From: Octopus vulgaris
Lineage: Eukaryota
Reading direction: 5' to 3'
NCBI GenBank assembly: GCA_951406725.2
Contig: OX597824.1
Location: 48,484,001 to 48,548,000, forward strand
Length of the DNA: 64,000 bases
Below the pieces are notes generated by a model. The model saw only the letters and a list, made by a program, of their open reading frames with translations, was not told the origin of the DNA and made no database searches. Below, piece after piece: positions 1 to 15,867 of this stretch; the first letter of the stretch is position 1, and each line of letters starts with the position of its first letter. The position numbers and the translations under genes are program-made.

Positions 1-121
1 GATATGGTTCTGTGTTCAGCTCCAATGCATGACACCTTGAGCAAGTGTCTTCTACTATAGAATCGGGTCGACCAAAGACTTCTGAGTGGATTTCGTAGAC
101 GGAAATTGAAAGAAGCCCGAC

Positions 122-125
<4 letters not shown>
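1..125 (+). mobile_element. SINE family A, 5' half (truncated by window edge)
   Basis: CACCTTGAGCAAGTGTCTTCTACTATAG...GACCAAAG...GTGGATTT..GTAGACGGAAATTGAAAGAAGCCCG is shared with more than 10 other copies in the window and runs into (TA)n. Confidence 0.85.
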
Positions 126-157
<32 letters not shown>

Positions 158-359
158 AAATTCAAAATGGGACGAGAACGCAAAACACCCGGATAACTAG
201 GTGATACACAAGGGGACATGCACAGTGGGATTGAACTCGGAACCATGCGATAGGAAATCAAGCTTCTTACTACGCAGCCACTCCCGCGCCTATATATATA
301 GAGCGAATATATATATTGTATTCTTTTATTTGTTTCAGTCATTTGACTCCGGTCATGGT

Positions 360-474
<115 letters not shown>

Positions 475-530
475 CATATATATATATACACACACACACG
501 CACACACTCACACACACATGCACACACACA

Positions 531-831
531 TTCCATCGCTTACGACGACAAAGGTTCCAATTGATCCGATCAACGGAACAGTTTGCTCATGAGATTAACG
601 CGCAAGTGGCTGAGCACTCCACAGACACGCGTACCCCATCACATACTTCTCAAGGAGACTCAATGTGACACAGAAAGTGACAAGGCTGGCCCCTTGAAAT
701 AAAGGTACTATTTATTTTTGCCAGCTGAGTGGACTGGTACACAGTGAAATAAAGTGTCCTACTCAAGGAGACAACGCGCCGCCGAGAATCGAACTCGCGA
801 CCCTACGATTGCGAGCCGAATACCCTAACCA
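531..831 (-). mobile_element. tRNA-derived SINE family C
   Basis: The reverse strand shows a tRNA-like head (TGGTTAGGGTATTCGG...GAGTTCGATTC B-box), then CTTGAG..GGACACTTTATTTCAC. Homologous to 894-1000 and 33280-33560. Confidence 0.8.
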
Positions 832-855
832 TCTATCTATTTCAGCACACACACA

Positions 856-894
<39 letters not shown>

Positions 895-1019
895 TGGGGT
901 TGCGAGTTCGATTTTCGGCGGCGCGTTGTGTCCTTGAGCAAGACACTTTATTTCACGGTGCACCAGTCCACTCAGCTAGCAAAAATGAGTAGTAGCTGTA
1001 AGTATATATACACATATAT

Positions 1020-1298
1020 GAAGGTTGTGGCCTAGTGGTAGGCTGTCGCACTCACGATTGCTTGATTGTGAGTTCGATTCCCAAAGCTGGCGGCGCCTTG
1101 CGTTGAGATCTTGAGCAAAACACTTGAATTCTCGATGTTCTAGACCTCGTTTCGATCAGTGGAGGATGTTGGCCTGCTCGTCTAGCAAATGGAGTTGCGT
1201 CATTCGACAGCTAAAACGATGCAAAAAGCATTGTGACGATGCATTATGAGATGCATAAGAGCATCTGATAGTCTGGTCGGTTACGTGATCACATGATA
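1020..1298 (+). mobile_element. tRNA-derived SINE family D (older copy)
   Basis: TGGCCTAGTGG A-box and GAGTTCGATTCC B-box; 3' end ...CATCTGATAGTCTGGTCGGTTACGTGATCACATGATA matches 33981-34286. Confidence 0.8.
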
Positions 1299-1301
1299 TG
1301 C

Positions 1302-1365
<64 letters not shown>

Positions 1366-2085
1366 AAATAGCTAGATAGATACATATATACATAGAGTAA
1401 TTACGTCATTAGCGTCAATCCAAGTTTCTAGAGAGATGCTGACAACGTAATTTTATCACCAGTACATCTCTTAAGAGTAACAGCTTGTAATCTGAGCACT
1501 ATCAAAAAATGCCTTTCTCACTACTATTTTTCTATTGAGTACGTTTGCCTCTTCTAAAACGCAAAAGTACATTGCGTGTGTGTATAGAGAGAGAGAGAGG
1601 AACAGAGAAAGAAAGACAGAGAGCCACAAAAACGTATTTTTGTAGGTTTGTGTTTGTGTATGTCTATATACATATAAGTATAATTGCATCCACACGTGCA
1701 TGTGTGTTTTAAATGCTGGAGATAAGGATTGAGTTGGATCAGATATCATGATATCTAGAGAAAGAGAGAGGGGTTGAAGTGAGGAAGAGCCTTAACAGTA
1801 CTAGAGGTTGTTGTAGTAGAAGTAATACAGTGAATGTGAGCGGCTGCAGGGAGATGTTCTTATAATCATCGATGATATTAAGATGGGGAATTACCTCGGA
1901 AAAGACACCACTCTTCTGATACAACCCCATTCTTTCTTTCTCTGTGTACATGTATGTGCTGACGAGGTTTGTCTGTATGTAGGTGCGTATTTTTTCTGGA
2001 AGTGGAGGAATAGATGTGCAGATCATTCTTACACACATCGTGTACAAACGTAAACACGCTTCACACCTTCACGCGCATACACACA

Positions 2086-2148
<63 letters not shown>

Positions 2149-2321
2149 GTATATATGTATACACACATATATACATATATACGCATTCACACTCACACAA
2201 ACACATACACACACTCACATTCACACACACACGTATAAATGTAAATCAGAGTATATGTATGTATATATATGTATATAATATATATGTATATTATTTTTAG
2301 ATGTATATATAATATACATAC

Positions 2322-2399
<78 letters not shown>

Positions 2400-2717
2400 G
2401 TCTTCATATATGTGTGCATATATATGTATACACACACACATATCCATTTTCTGATAAACCCAGAAGTTCATAGACGTGAACGCACATGTATATAGAGAAA
2501 AATGCCAGGTGTTTATGCGTGTTGTGTATGAATATATATTTTTATACATGCATAAATAAAATAAAAATAGGTATGTTACAGGTAGGTGTATGTGTAATAA
2601 CAAACTGTTCTACACAGAAATACATAAGTAATTGGTGGGAGTGAGGAAGAAGGAGATACACAAACAGAGATAAATGGATGATGACGTTGCAGGTTGTATT
2701 CTAAGCATTCCATTCAG

Positions 2718-2762
<45 letters not shown>

Positions 2763-3070
2763 TGTCTGTGAGTGTGTATGTATGTGTGTATATATATATA
2801 TATAGATAGATGCATAAATATGTTTATATATGTATGTATATACATTTTACTCAGACACTCATCTACGAGTCCACTTCATTTTAGAAACAGCTGTAAGCTA
2901 ATGAGGCTCATAAGATAATAGTTTACTCCTTTGTTATATATTTCCTTAAACATGTGTATATAGATATATACATACATATGCTCAGATATGCCCAAATATA
3001 CACGTATGTTTGTTTAGAGCAATTATATGTATATGTTTGACTATATGCATATCTATCTATCTATCTATCG

Positions 3071-3182
<112 letters not shown>

Positions 3183-3320
3183 TGATAGAAATGGTAAGAC
3201 AACAAAAGAGTGAAAGAGATCTCGATATTATGTAAATAGAGGAATTTATCTATATATATATATATATATATTTGCCTGTCTGTCTGTCTCCCTCCCCCTT
3301 TCTCTATATATATATACATA

Positions 3321-3370
<50 letters not shown>

Positions 3371-3690
3371 TATATACATCTATAAAACGATTGAAGGGCG
3401 GGTGTCAATTCATATGGACTATGTTTAATAAAATGTGCATGTTTCAATAGCTGAAGAGCAGATTATGAACTCAGTTGGGTCAAATTAACTGCATATATTA
3501 CCCGAATGTCATTCAGCCAGTAATTCTGTATCAAGGTTGGTATTCATCTAAAAATTGTTGTGTGTGCATTTTATTCCGAGCTATCTAGGTGCTTCAGCTT
3601 TAAGTACCTTATTCAACTGAATCTTGTTTATATCATATATATATATATATAGATATATATATATGCACGTATAGATCTCTAATTTGTTTT

Positions 3691-3823
<133 letters not shown>

Positions 3824-4242
3824 AAAAACATTTATATGCATATGTCTGACTAAAATTTATCTCAGCGGGATTTGAGTTGTGAACGTAAAGTAAGACCTTC
3901 CAGTTCGCCATTATCTTTAACAGAATAATAGGATCACTAATGTCGACACTGACAGAAGATAGATATAATTGACTCTGCCAAAACCCTTTTCATACTACTC
4001 AACCGAGACAGATCCTGGGCTTCAATACATACTTCCGGTTTAAAAGTGATCTAATTTGAAACCTTCTAACAGTATTTTATGCTGATTTATGTTCCAAACG
4101 CTAGGTTTTTTTTTGGCAGTCATTTTACTAAGTTTTTCTTATCTTTAAAATTAATTGAAACGATAGTAATGTATGGTAAAAAAATATGTATTTATAGTAA
4201 AGCGTGCTAACACGTACATTGTTGTAATATTTCTCTCTTGTA

Positions 4243-4548
4243 AGGCGGGCCAGGCGAAATGCTTAGCAGTATTTCGTCTGTACTGAGGTCGATCTAATCG
4301 ACTGGCCTCTTACCCCGAAAGTTTCGAGCCTTGTGCCTAGAGTAGAAAAGAATCGTTAGTTCACCGGGCAAAACGCTTAGCAACATTTCCTCAGTTTTTA
4401 CATTCCAAGTTCAAATACCGGTGAGGTCGACTTTACCTTTCATCCTTTCGAAGTCGATAAAATAAGTACTAGTTGTGCACTGGGGTCAATGTAATCGACT
4501 AGCTCGTTCCCCCAAATTTCGAACCTTGTGTCTATCGGAGAAAAGATT
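4243..4548 (+). mobile_element. two tandem SINE family B copies
   Basis: GAAATGCTTAGC..TATTTCG...GTTCAAAT..GAGGTCGACTTT.CCTTTCATCCTTTCG..GTCGATAAAATAAGTAC. The same core recurs at about 7470, 28451, 47975, 53470, 56610 and 58415. Confidence 0.8.
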
Positions 4549-4929
4549 AAATAATGACCCTTCACAGAATGAGTAAAGTGTGGACTTTCAAATTGTGCCC
4601 TGAAAGACAATTGTTGTAATATCTATTTACTTTCGCCTGCGTTTTTCTCATTAGAATTGAGACGTTTTAACGCCCACTGACGAATTCTGTATGAAGGTAT
4701 CGGGAAAATCTCATATCAAGTTCATGGAATAGTATACACGGCAGTAACAACAATAACAGCAATAACATTGACAGAAATAGTAATGACAATGGTAAGGAAG
4801 TTTTCAAAAACACAAGCTTATTGGACATCAATAGCAACATGAAAAGTGACAGCAACAGTAACAACATCTGCATCAGCATCAGCCACTATAGCAATGACCT
4901 CTCAATAGCAACATTGAGAATAACGACAA

Positions 4930-6400
4930 ATTAATTGGTGGGAGCAACTCCACAGGCAGGCAATCTTTTGCGGGGATGGCGACGAAATCAACACAATACT
5001 TCATGCTTTCCCAAATCAACAAAGAGGCATGTCCAACACAGGTGAAACAACTTGTGGAGGTCAGTGCGAGAAGAGCACAAATTGCTATCCTAGTCAGCGT
5101 TTTGGCAGCAATAGCACAGAAGACGTGATATATCACTGCGTGTTGGCTAATGCTTGACGACTAGAAGCAGCGACAAAATATGGAACCTGGGCACAGCAGT
5201 TCGGGAAGGTAGAAGTCTTTTTCAAGAACGAAACTCGAGCTGAAACACTCCATAGCTCTTATACGCGAGAAGAACTCACTTTCTACCAACGTATTTAGGG
5301 AGAATGAGCTTTTGCGTCAAGATTGAGTCCACATGATGGTTGTTAGTCTGTATCATTTCGGAGGGCAGTGACACCCTCCTCGACATGAAAATAACAGAGG
5401 AGATTTGGGCTGAGATCACTGTTGACATCCTTCTTCAGATCAAACCGGGATATGTGCAAAAGATACCAAGTTTTATCCATATGTCTATGGATTGAAGTTG
5501 CGTGGTGCGATACGAGAGCAGAAGGCCAAGATATGGTACAGAAGGTTACTTCAGAGCTTTCTCTGTTCAAAGAAAAGAGAGGAGCTCCCCACTACTGTCA
5601 GCATCCACTACGTGGACCGAGTGTGTACAGACATATGCATAGGCTATGACATCCCTAGAGACTTTTTGACAGTGTGCAGGTGTAGTCACGATTTATTAGA
5701 TGCACTTTCAGCAGCTGGCTTCGTTGATGAAGCGTAGACCAAGGCATGGTATCAGTTACCTGATATGAGGCGCTCACAGCCGTCTGTCAATCAGATAACG
5801 CGATCGGTGGTAGCTGTTCCATCATGTCATTCTAGAGAAGATTAATGATGGGTGACAGCGACATCGTTCTCTGTGAAATTCTGGGACATTTCGCACCGGA
5901 GAGGGAGGCTTTTCATCCATTCCACTCAAATAAATTTGTAAATAGCCTCTTTCTAGATGCTATGGCGAAAGAGGTTGTGTGTTGGACGAGACTGAAAGTA
6001 CTAAAGAGAGACGTTTACCTCTTTGGCCAAGCCCTCATCGACTTTTTTTAATAAGGTAATTCCATTTGAAAAGGAAAGTGAAATTGCCAAAAAGTGGTTA
6101 ATGTAGCAAGAATTGCCTGAGTAAGTGGGCTTACTTTAAGCTGGCGCCTGTACGCTGAGGAGTAGGGAGGAGATAGGGGCACATGCCATGATACCCTTGG
6201 CGAGTAGGATGGTTGAGGTTTTTGTGGATTTCTTTGCTTCCCCTGGGTGGCCTATCGCCTTCTCGGGGAGTTTAGAGTTTTTTAATGAATTGTTATTGTT
6301 TTTTTAAAATGCTTACTCGGTTTTATGTTAGTCCTCACTGTCATTTGCCTTTCTATCATCCTAAATTATTTTTCGCTACTCATGTGACCAATAAAGAATT
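4930..6400 (+). mobile_element. decayed L1/Tx1-like LINE 3' portion
   Basis: GC-richer block. The peptide FLDAMAKEVVCWTRLKVLKRDVYLFGQALIDFF..KRKVK..KKWL resembles a Tx1 ORF2 C-terminus; it ends in TGTGACCAATAAAGAA plus a (TTA) tail. The upstream part is too decayed to assign. Confidence 0.5.
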
Positions 6401-6429
6401 ATTGTTATTATTATTATTCCGTAGTATTA

Positions 6430-6995
6430 TTTTTATCACGTGCTTTCACGGCACTACCGAGCGCAGTTCTGTGTGCCTTGGGTACGTGTTGTGGTTTACT
6501 GTGGTGTTCTTATTTTCATTGTATTGAAAGTGCTTTACGTACGATATGTGTGGTGCATAGTAGTGCTATTTTATGTATGTTATATACACTTGTAAGTCAT
6601 GGTGCTTTGACTATGCATTTGTCTGAATGTTTTTTTTCGTCATACATAATGCGCCTATTATTATAGGGATTGTTTCTGTTTTTAGGCTCCACTTTCAAGT
6701 TACCTCTATTTCCAGATCCTTGTATTTTGAAAGTTTCTCTGTATCTTTTTGGGGAACGTTGTCATCTATTGGTATTGGTACATCGATTAGAAGGCATCTT
6801 TTTCTTGGTAGACTCTGACAAGTATATCCAGTCTATTAGCCTTGATTCTCTGTCTGTGTGCATTGGCATATCCCAGAATATGGTGGCTTTCTCATTGTCT
6901 GTGACTTTTTCTGGGGTGTGCCTATACTGTCTTTTTAGTTGTCATTATATAGTGTTGGCATAGTTTCCAGTGCATATAGGTCCCAACTCTGTTAC
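6430..6995 (-). mobile_element. R4/Dong-clade LINE 3' end (restriction-like endonuclease domain)
   Basis: The minus strand reads HWKLCQHY...HTPEKVTDNEKATIFWDMP.HTDRE and ends RKALSIQ*. Homologous to 17110-17700; abuts (TTC)n(TTA)n. Confidence 0.85.
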
Positions 6996-6997
6996 GT

Positions 6998-7172
<175 letters not shown>

Positions 7173-7179
7173 GATTAAC

Positions 7180-7465
7180 AGAGCCATTCATGCTATCAAG
7201 TGCATTCCAGACACTGGGGATACAAATATACCCGTCATGACTACTCGTCTGATAAGGGGACACCAGGACATGCATCACAACTATATGTGCGCAACATGGT
7301 GATCTCATATCAAGATAAACAGCACATGACATTGCAGGTGGGGGCCCAGTTAGAGGTTTCTTCGGGTTGAGTAGCCCATCCCGCTCAGATGGTCTCTGAA
7401 TAAGGTTTGTTTAAGGATGATGAACGAAACACCCATGTTTCCAGAGGGGAATTATTCAAACCTCA
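7180..7465 (-). mobile_element. partial copy of the TAA-associated non-coding element (full copy at 18865-19410)
   Basis: Colinear similarity to 18865-19160 (GACACTGGGG, GTCTGATAAG, CATATCAAGAT, TTGCAGGTGG, GAACGAAACACCCATGTTTCCAGAG). Confidence 0.85.
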
Positions 7466-7746
7466 TTGCTTTGCGGAATTTCATCCGTCTTTACGCTCTG
7501 AGTTCAAATTCCGCCGAGGTCGACTTTGTCTTTCATCCTTCCGGGGTCGATAAAGTAAGTACCAATTCAGCACTAGATTCGATGTAATCGTCTTCCTCCT
7601 CCTCTAAAAAAAAACCTTCAGACCTTCTGGCTCAATGAGATAAGATTATTATGATTAGAGTTAGAACGAATAATGGTGTCAGTAGTTGCAATGATTCTTG
7701 TATCAGTTGTAAAAAGCAAATACGTGTGTGTGCTTGTTTGTTTGTT

Positions 7747-7853
<107 letters not shown>

Positions 7854-8005
7854 GTGTGTATGTGAGTGCGTGTGTATGTGTGTGTGTATACGCAAACACA
7901 AGATCATAGGGTTGAAATTATGGGTCCATACACAAATGAATTTTCACAGAGTGTATATGTACACAGACAAGCACACATAATGTATATATTTATGCATCTA
8001 CGCAA

Positions 8006-8069
<64 letters not shown>

Positions 8070-8148
8070 AATATATATTGTGTATATATTTATGTGTGTA
8101 TATATATCTATATGCATATATGTATATATATACAGATGTATATATGTA

Positions 8149-8188
<40 letters not shown>

Positions 8189-8276
8189 AATATGTGTGTT
8201 TATATATATGTGTACACACACAAATAAGTGTTCATATATGTATATACACATATATACATACACGGAGTCGGTTATC

Positions 8277-8351
<75 letters not shown>

Positions 8352-8517
8352 TAGTGTTCTTGTATTTTGAATTGAGCATTGAAAAACATCGGTTTGGAAA
8401 TAGATGAGAATTCCGTTTTATTTCATTTATCGATTCCTAGAAAAAAATTGAATCGCTGTTTTTCCTCTTTTTAATTTAAAAAAGTCTCCTTTTTTTATCT
8501 AAATAATTCCAAAATAG

Positions 8518-8690
8518 CCAACAAACCATCACAGAGAGCGCAGTGATGCGCATCTATGGAACTCGTATGGTTGCATCCTCTGTAGTTTCTCGCACGTTGT
8601 TCGGGTCACGTGAAATCGCTTGCCTGAATCGCGATGCACAGACTTTCCGTTTGACATTCGAAGAAGCAAAGGTAGCAGCGCCAGGAACAG
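8518..8690 (+). CDS. candidate internal exon of an unidentified host gene
   Basis: Unique, GC/CpG-richer 173-nt block between ...TTCCAAAATAG and a consensus donor CAG|GTAAGT. One frame is open: QQTITESAVMRIYGTRMVASSVVSRTLFGSREIACLNRDAQTFRLTFEEAKVAAPGT. No homology recognised. Confidence 0.35.
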
Positions 8691-9130
8691 GTAAGTGCAG
8701 CAGCAGTAGCTCTAACAGCAGCACTTGCAACAGTACTAACAACATCATCACTATTAGCAGTAAAACATCAATTGTAGTAGTTCTCTCTTATCATCGTTAT
8801 TTTACGGTTGTTTAGCCTCAGGTGAATGACCTATGTAACTATGATGTGTTTTAATATAGAACTTTGACATTATTTGTACTCCTGATGCACTGACCATTGG
8901 TTCGTTCTTGGGCGGTTTCATTACCGTATTGGTAATTCGGTTTTCTTTTCTTTTTCTTTTTCCTATGAGACGATGTTGTTAGTCACCTCTCGCTCAGGCT
9001 TTTTTCATATAAGGAGATATAGGCGCCATTAGTGGGCGCTGTCCTCCTACAAAACCTCTCACAGCAGTCATTCGGAAAGAAGGAAAGAGAAAAATTAGCT
9101 AGCTAGCTAGATAGATAGATAGATAAATAA

Positions 9131-9187
<57 letters not shown>

Positions 9188-9219
9188 CAGACATACAGAT
9201 AGATAGATAGATAGATAGT

Positions 9220-9264
<45 letters not shown>

Positions 9265-9598
9265 GGATGGATGGATGGATGGATGGATAGATAGATAAAT
9301 AGATAGATAGAGAGGGAGCGAGAGAGAGGGGAGAGAGAGAGAAAATAGATAGATAGACAGACAAACAAAGACCCAAACAATAACAGAGAAAAGATACAGA
9401 GAGAGAGAAAGATAGAAAGAAAGAGAAAGAGAGAAGAACCGACCCCCAATTAACTGGGTACTTTAACGCCTCCGAAAGGACAAGCAAAGTTAACCTCGGT
9501 AAGAAGTGAATTTGGAATACAAATGGCCGTAGCCTAATTAATGCAAGGTATTTTCTGTGATGCTCTAAAGATTTCTATCAAAACCGTCATTTTACACG

Positions 9599-9631
<33 letters not shown>

Positions 9632-9784
9632 CATATATGTGTATATGTATGTATGAATGTATTTGTGTGTGCATGTGCATGTATGTGTATGTATGTGCAT
9701 GTGCATGTATGTGTATGTATGTGCATGTGCATGTATATATCTGTGCATGTATATATATGTGCATGTATATATATATACATATAT

Positions 9785-11015
9785 ATGAATAATGCGATTT
9801 TTTATACATTTATTTTTCAAATTTAAGATCAACAAAGTTCTTTTTTTAATGTATAATATACTCTCCTTCATTTTCTACAATGCTCTTCAATCTATCCGGT
9901 TGACTTGGAAAGCCCCCTCTTTCAAATTTCACTTCTCCGTGACGAAAAATACTCCTCCAGTACTGTTCTGGCCACGTCTACAAAATTCATATTTTTTCCA
10001 TCCAAATGATTTTGAAGACTGCAGAATAAATGATAATTAGGTGGAGCAATGTCCGGCAAATATGGTGGATGGGGCATTGTTTCCTTTTCAGACTGCCCCA
10101 GCCTTTTGAATGTCATCCTTGCTGTATGCGGCCGAGCATTATCCTGGTGGAAAAATACCTTCCGTCTTAAAACCAAAGATGGTCGTTTTTCTCCTAGCAA
10201 TCACTTAGCCGTTCTAGCTGCCAGCACTAGATCTCCTTTGTTATCGTTAAGTTTGTGTTTAAAAGTTCAAAGTAGACTAAACTTTTCATATCCATCAACC
10301 AAATAAAACCTTACGTGGGTGAAAACCTTCTTTAGCCTAGGGTGCCGGTGTTTCACCATTCCCTACCTACTGTGGTGCATCACATTTTAATAGAGAACCC
10401 ATTTCTCATCACCAGTCACTATTCGGTCCAAAAAAGGTTCATTCGTGAGACGTTACAGCAAAGAAGAGCACACATTCACTCTCTGCGCGCGATTAGACTC
10501 AGGATGTGTGCGAGAAACCCATTGAGCCAATTTGTTGACTTTTCCGATGAATGGTTGAATGGCCAAATCCTAGCTTCTCTGCTAGTTCTTCAACAGTTAT
10601 TACAGGATTTCGTTCCACTAGGGTTTGCTGTACAGATCTTCCAGGACGATGCTCGTCCTCTAGGCTGTAGTTTCCGGCTTGGAATTTCTGGAACCACCGT
10701 TGACGCTGGCTTACGCTTATTGTCCGATCCCCCATGTACTGCATCAATATTCCTTGCACTTTCCGTTACGTTGTTGCCTTTATTGAACTCATAAAGCAAA
10801 ATATGCCGTATATGCTCCTTTGTCACTTCCATTATAGCTTTGAAAAAATAACTGTTAAAATCGAATTGCACTCTTTAAAACTTGCACTAAGAATAAGTAC
10901 AAGGTAAAATTACTACCTGCTTTTATAACAAGTAGATGCAGGTAGTTCATTCCGTCCCTATCCAACTTTTAGTTCATGTAATTGAAAAAACCGCATTATT
11001 TATGAGATGACCCAA
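9785..11015 (-). mobile_element. mariner (DD34D-type) DNA transposon, frameshifted transposase
   Basis: MEVTKEHIRHILLYEFNKG...WFQKF..G..SLEDEHRPGR, TGDEKW, FHQDNARPH and PPYLPDIAPPNYHLF (decayed YSPDLAPSDYHLF). Right TIR TTGGGTCATCTCATAAATAATGCGG followed by TA; the left TIR survives only as AATAATGCGATTTTTT. Confidence 0.93.
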
Positions 11016-11779
11016 TATATGTGTGTGTGTGCGTTTGTGTGTGTTTGTGTGTGTCTGTTTTTATGTATAATGTATATACACACACACACACACACACGAA
11101 CATGTATGCATGCATGTTTGTATGTATATGTGTATGTGTTATGATTATAGCTTCTTTTATATTCTCACTCTCACTTCTCTTCTTTTTTTCTTAGTCATCC
11201 ATCTCAACTTTTTAATCTCTGTTTCGTCTTCCTTCACATTCCCCACCCCCCATTTTTGTTGCTCTTCTTCATGCACGTCCCTCGTTCTTTTATTTTCTGC
11301 TACTACTATTCTTCACTACTCTTATTTCATTCATTCTTCCCTCCTCTCTGTCATTCGCTCCCTGCTCCATCATCGTTCTCTCTTTCGCTCCTTTCATCTT
11401 TTTCTCTAGTTCTGCATCTCTCTTTACTCGCTACTCTCGCCGTCATCTTCCTCGTCCTTTTTACGATTTTACACCCAAGATTACCGTGATTCTATTGGGA
11501 ATAGCTTCTCTTTAACATTTTGGAAATTGTAGTGCCAAGTGTCGTAGAACTAGACTCAAACACGATTCCACCCTTCAGCAAGAAGCCATTCTACTGCTGT
11601 TATTGTTGCGAGAAAGGCATGTAATCTCAAACCTTCCATTTGATCTCTCAAAAGCATACAATCGTTGTGCTGAGTCAAAAAAAAAAAAGATATGAAAAGA
11701 AACAGGCAAAGAAGAAGCACTTTACGTTGTCCCAGCATGGCTGCAGTCAAAGGAATGAAACAAGTAAAAGAATATAAAT

Positions 11780-13500
<1,721 letters not shown>

Positions 13501-13599
13501 TTGAATCTTTTAAAGGCATCTTAATTCTCAGTATTTTGCCTCTTTCCCTGAAATATATCACCCCAACTTATAAATAACACCCCACAAAAATGGACTACA

Positions 13600-13871
13600 C
13601 AATCAATTCGATTTAGCCACAGAAGTTGCTGGAAAAAAGTACGAAATAGCCCGGCTATGGAAAATGAAAAAGGTGAAGATAGTGCCAATTATTGTTGGGT
13701 CCTTGGGAACAGTATCAGAAAGCATCAAGAGGAATATAAAGGAAATTGGAATAGAGTGCCCAGTAGAACTGTTACAAAAGGTTTGCCTCCTTGGCACGGC
13801 CAGAATAATCAGGAAACGTCGAACATGCTGTTGCTTGAGCTTTCTGAGTGAAACTTAGAACAGCTTTATAA
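13600..13871 (+). mobile_element. R4/Dong LINE extreme 3' end (young subfamily)
   Basis: LWKMKKVKIVPIIVGSLGTV...VELLQKVCLLGTARIIRK is the typical R4/Dong C-terminus. Confidence 0.85.
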
Positions 13872-13889
13872 AACAAAACAACTACAACA

Positions 13890-14955
13890 ACGAGAGTATA
13901 ATGATAATAAGAATGGAAATGTACGCAGTAGCAGAGAATATGGGAAGCCCTATATGGAATAGCGTGAAATACTGGAGGACGGAACTGACAGAAGGGAAGC
14001 AACTACTAGGAAAGGTGAAAATCAAGATTGCGTGCGTATCGAACTCGAGAGCTTAATGAGATATCCAGCCCAAAGCAAGGAAACCTTGCTAGTGAAAGTT
14101 AGAAACGAGAGAGTATTGGGAGCAGAGAAAAAAGGGAAAACAAAGGGAAAAGTACAAAAAGGACATGAAGAATTACGCAAGAGGAGACTACACAATCAAA
14201 TTCATGTACTTACAGAAGTTGCTGGAAAAATAGGTGGGATTGGCTGATGAAAGGAACCCTAAAAAAGAAACCGAGAGCACTATACTGGCAGCCCAGGACC
14301 AAACTCTGGATACGAGCTGGAGGGTTAACCTGAGGAATGAACAAGTGTCTCCGCTATGCTGCTTCTGTAATAGAGTGGATGAAACTATTGCTCTTATCAC
14401 GAACGAATGTCCTAGATTTGACCAAACCTCTGCAAGTTGTGGTGACACGACCAGGTAGCGAAAGTATTACATTGGAAACTGTGCGAAAAGTGGGGGATAG
14501 AAAGAGGCAAGACGTGGTATGAGAACAAACCACAGAGAGTGGCAGAATCGGAGACTAGCAAAACCCTCTGAGGATTTCTCAATCCAAACAGATCAGGTAC
14601 TAGAGCATAACAGACCGAACCTAGTGGTAGTGGACAAAGTGCATCACATTAGCTATATAAATGATGTTGCACGCCCCTTTGACCCACGAATAGTCAAGGA
14701 GGAAGACAAAAAGATAGATACAACGCTTTTAAGTACAAAATAACCCAGCTATGGAAAATGAAGAAGGGGAAGATAGTGCCTATTATTGTTGGGTCCTTGG
14801 GAACAGTATCAGAAGGCATCAAGAGGAATATAAAGGAAATTGAATCAGGAAAGTATTAGATAGCTGAAAAGAACGAATAGCATGGTGCCGTATGCTGCAG
14901 GTAGTAAGCCTGCTACGCATGCAAAGCTCCAGGAGTTCCAACAAAATCTGTGATA
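13890..14955 (+). mobile_element. R4/Dong LINE 3' portion
   Basis: KKETESTILAAQDQTL, CCFC..VDETI, HWKLCEKW, DFSIQTDQVLEHNRPNLVVVDK and LWKMKKGKIVPIIVGSLGTV; followed by a (GAT)n/(TAA)n tail. Confidence 0.85.
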
Positions 14956-15065
14956 AAGAGATGATGATGATGATGATGATGATGATAATAATAATAATAA
15001 TAATGATAATAGTAGTAGTAGTAGTAGTAGTAGTAGTCGTAGTAATAATAATAATAATAATAGTA

Positions 15066-15110
<45 letters not shown>

Positions 15111-15128
15111 GTAATAGTAATAGTAGTA

Positions 15129-15186
<58 letters not shown>

Positions 15187-15206
15187 TGATGATGATGATG
15201 ATGATG

Positions 15207-15272
<66 letters not shown>

Positions 15273-15290
15273 GTAATAGTAATAATAATA

Positions 15291-15605
15291 TGTGAGGTAT
15301 ATTTGCCATCTCAATATGGCTAACCACTAAGGGTGGGTGTTACTGTAGCTTGTAGCCCCAGGAGAACATCTCCTCCAGCTGTGCCCTAAGGTATTTGCAA
15401 AGGGCGGTCATCCTTCCTTCGTCAACCTAAGTGATACGCACGGACTGCAGTTGACGAGAGAAGGATGACCTCCCTTTGCAAATACCATAAGGGGACAGAA
15501 AGTGTGCCTAAAGCCACCTGGAGGAGATGTTCTCCTGGGGCTACAAGCTACAGTAACACCCACCCTTAGTGGTTAGCCATATTGAGATGGCAAATATACC
15601 TCACA
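15291..15605. mobile_element. fold-back MITE with 88-bp perfect TIRs (TGT...ACA termini)
   Basis: 15291-15378 is the exact reverse complement of 15518-15605. The interior forms a second imperfect stem of about 45 bp. No TSD is evident. Confidence 0.85.
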
Positions 15606-15644
15606 TTGTCGTGCAGTTACTGTTTATACCTCGTTCAGAGATTT

Positions 15645-15727
<83 letters not shown>

Positions 15728-15792
15728 TGATGATGATGATGATGATAATAATAATAATAATAATAATGATGATGATGATGATGATGATGATG

Positions 15793-15867
<75 letters not shown>

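Noticed and set aside
3380-3630. CTGAAGA-containing insert between (TA)n runs, considered as a hammerhead
   Set aside because: No GAAA or stem III could be placed; at most a decayed PLE terminus.
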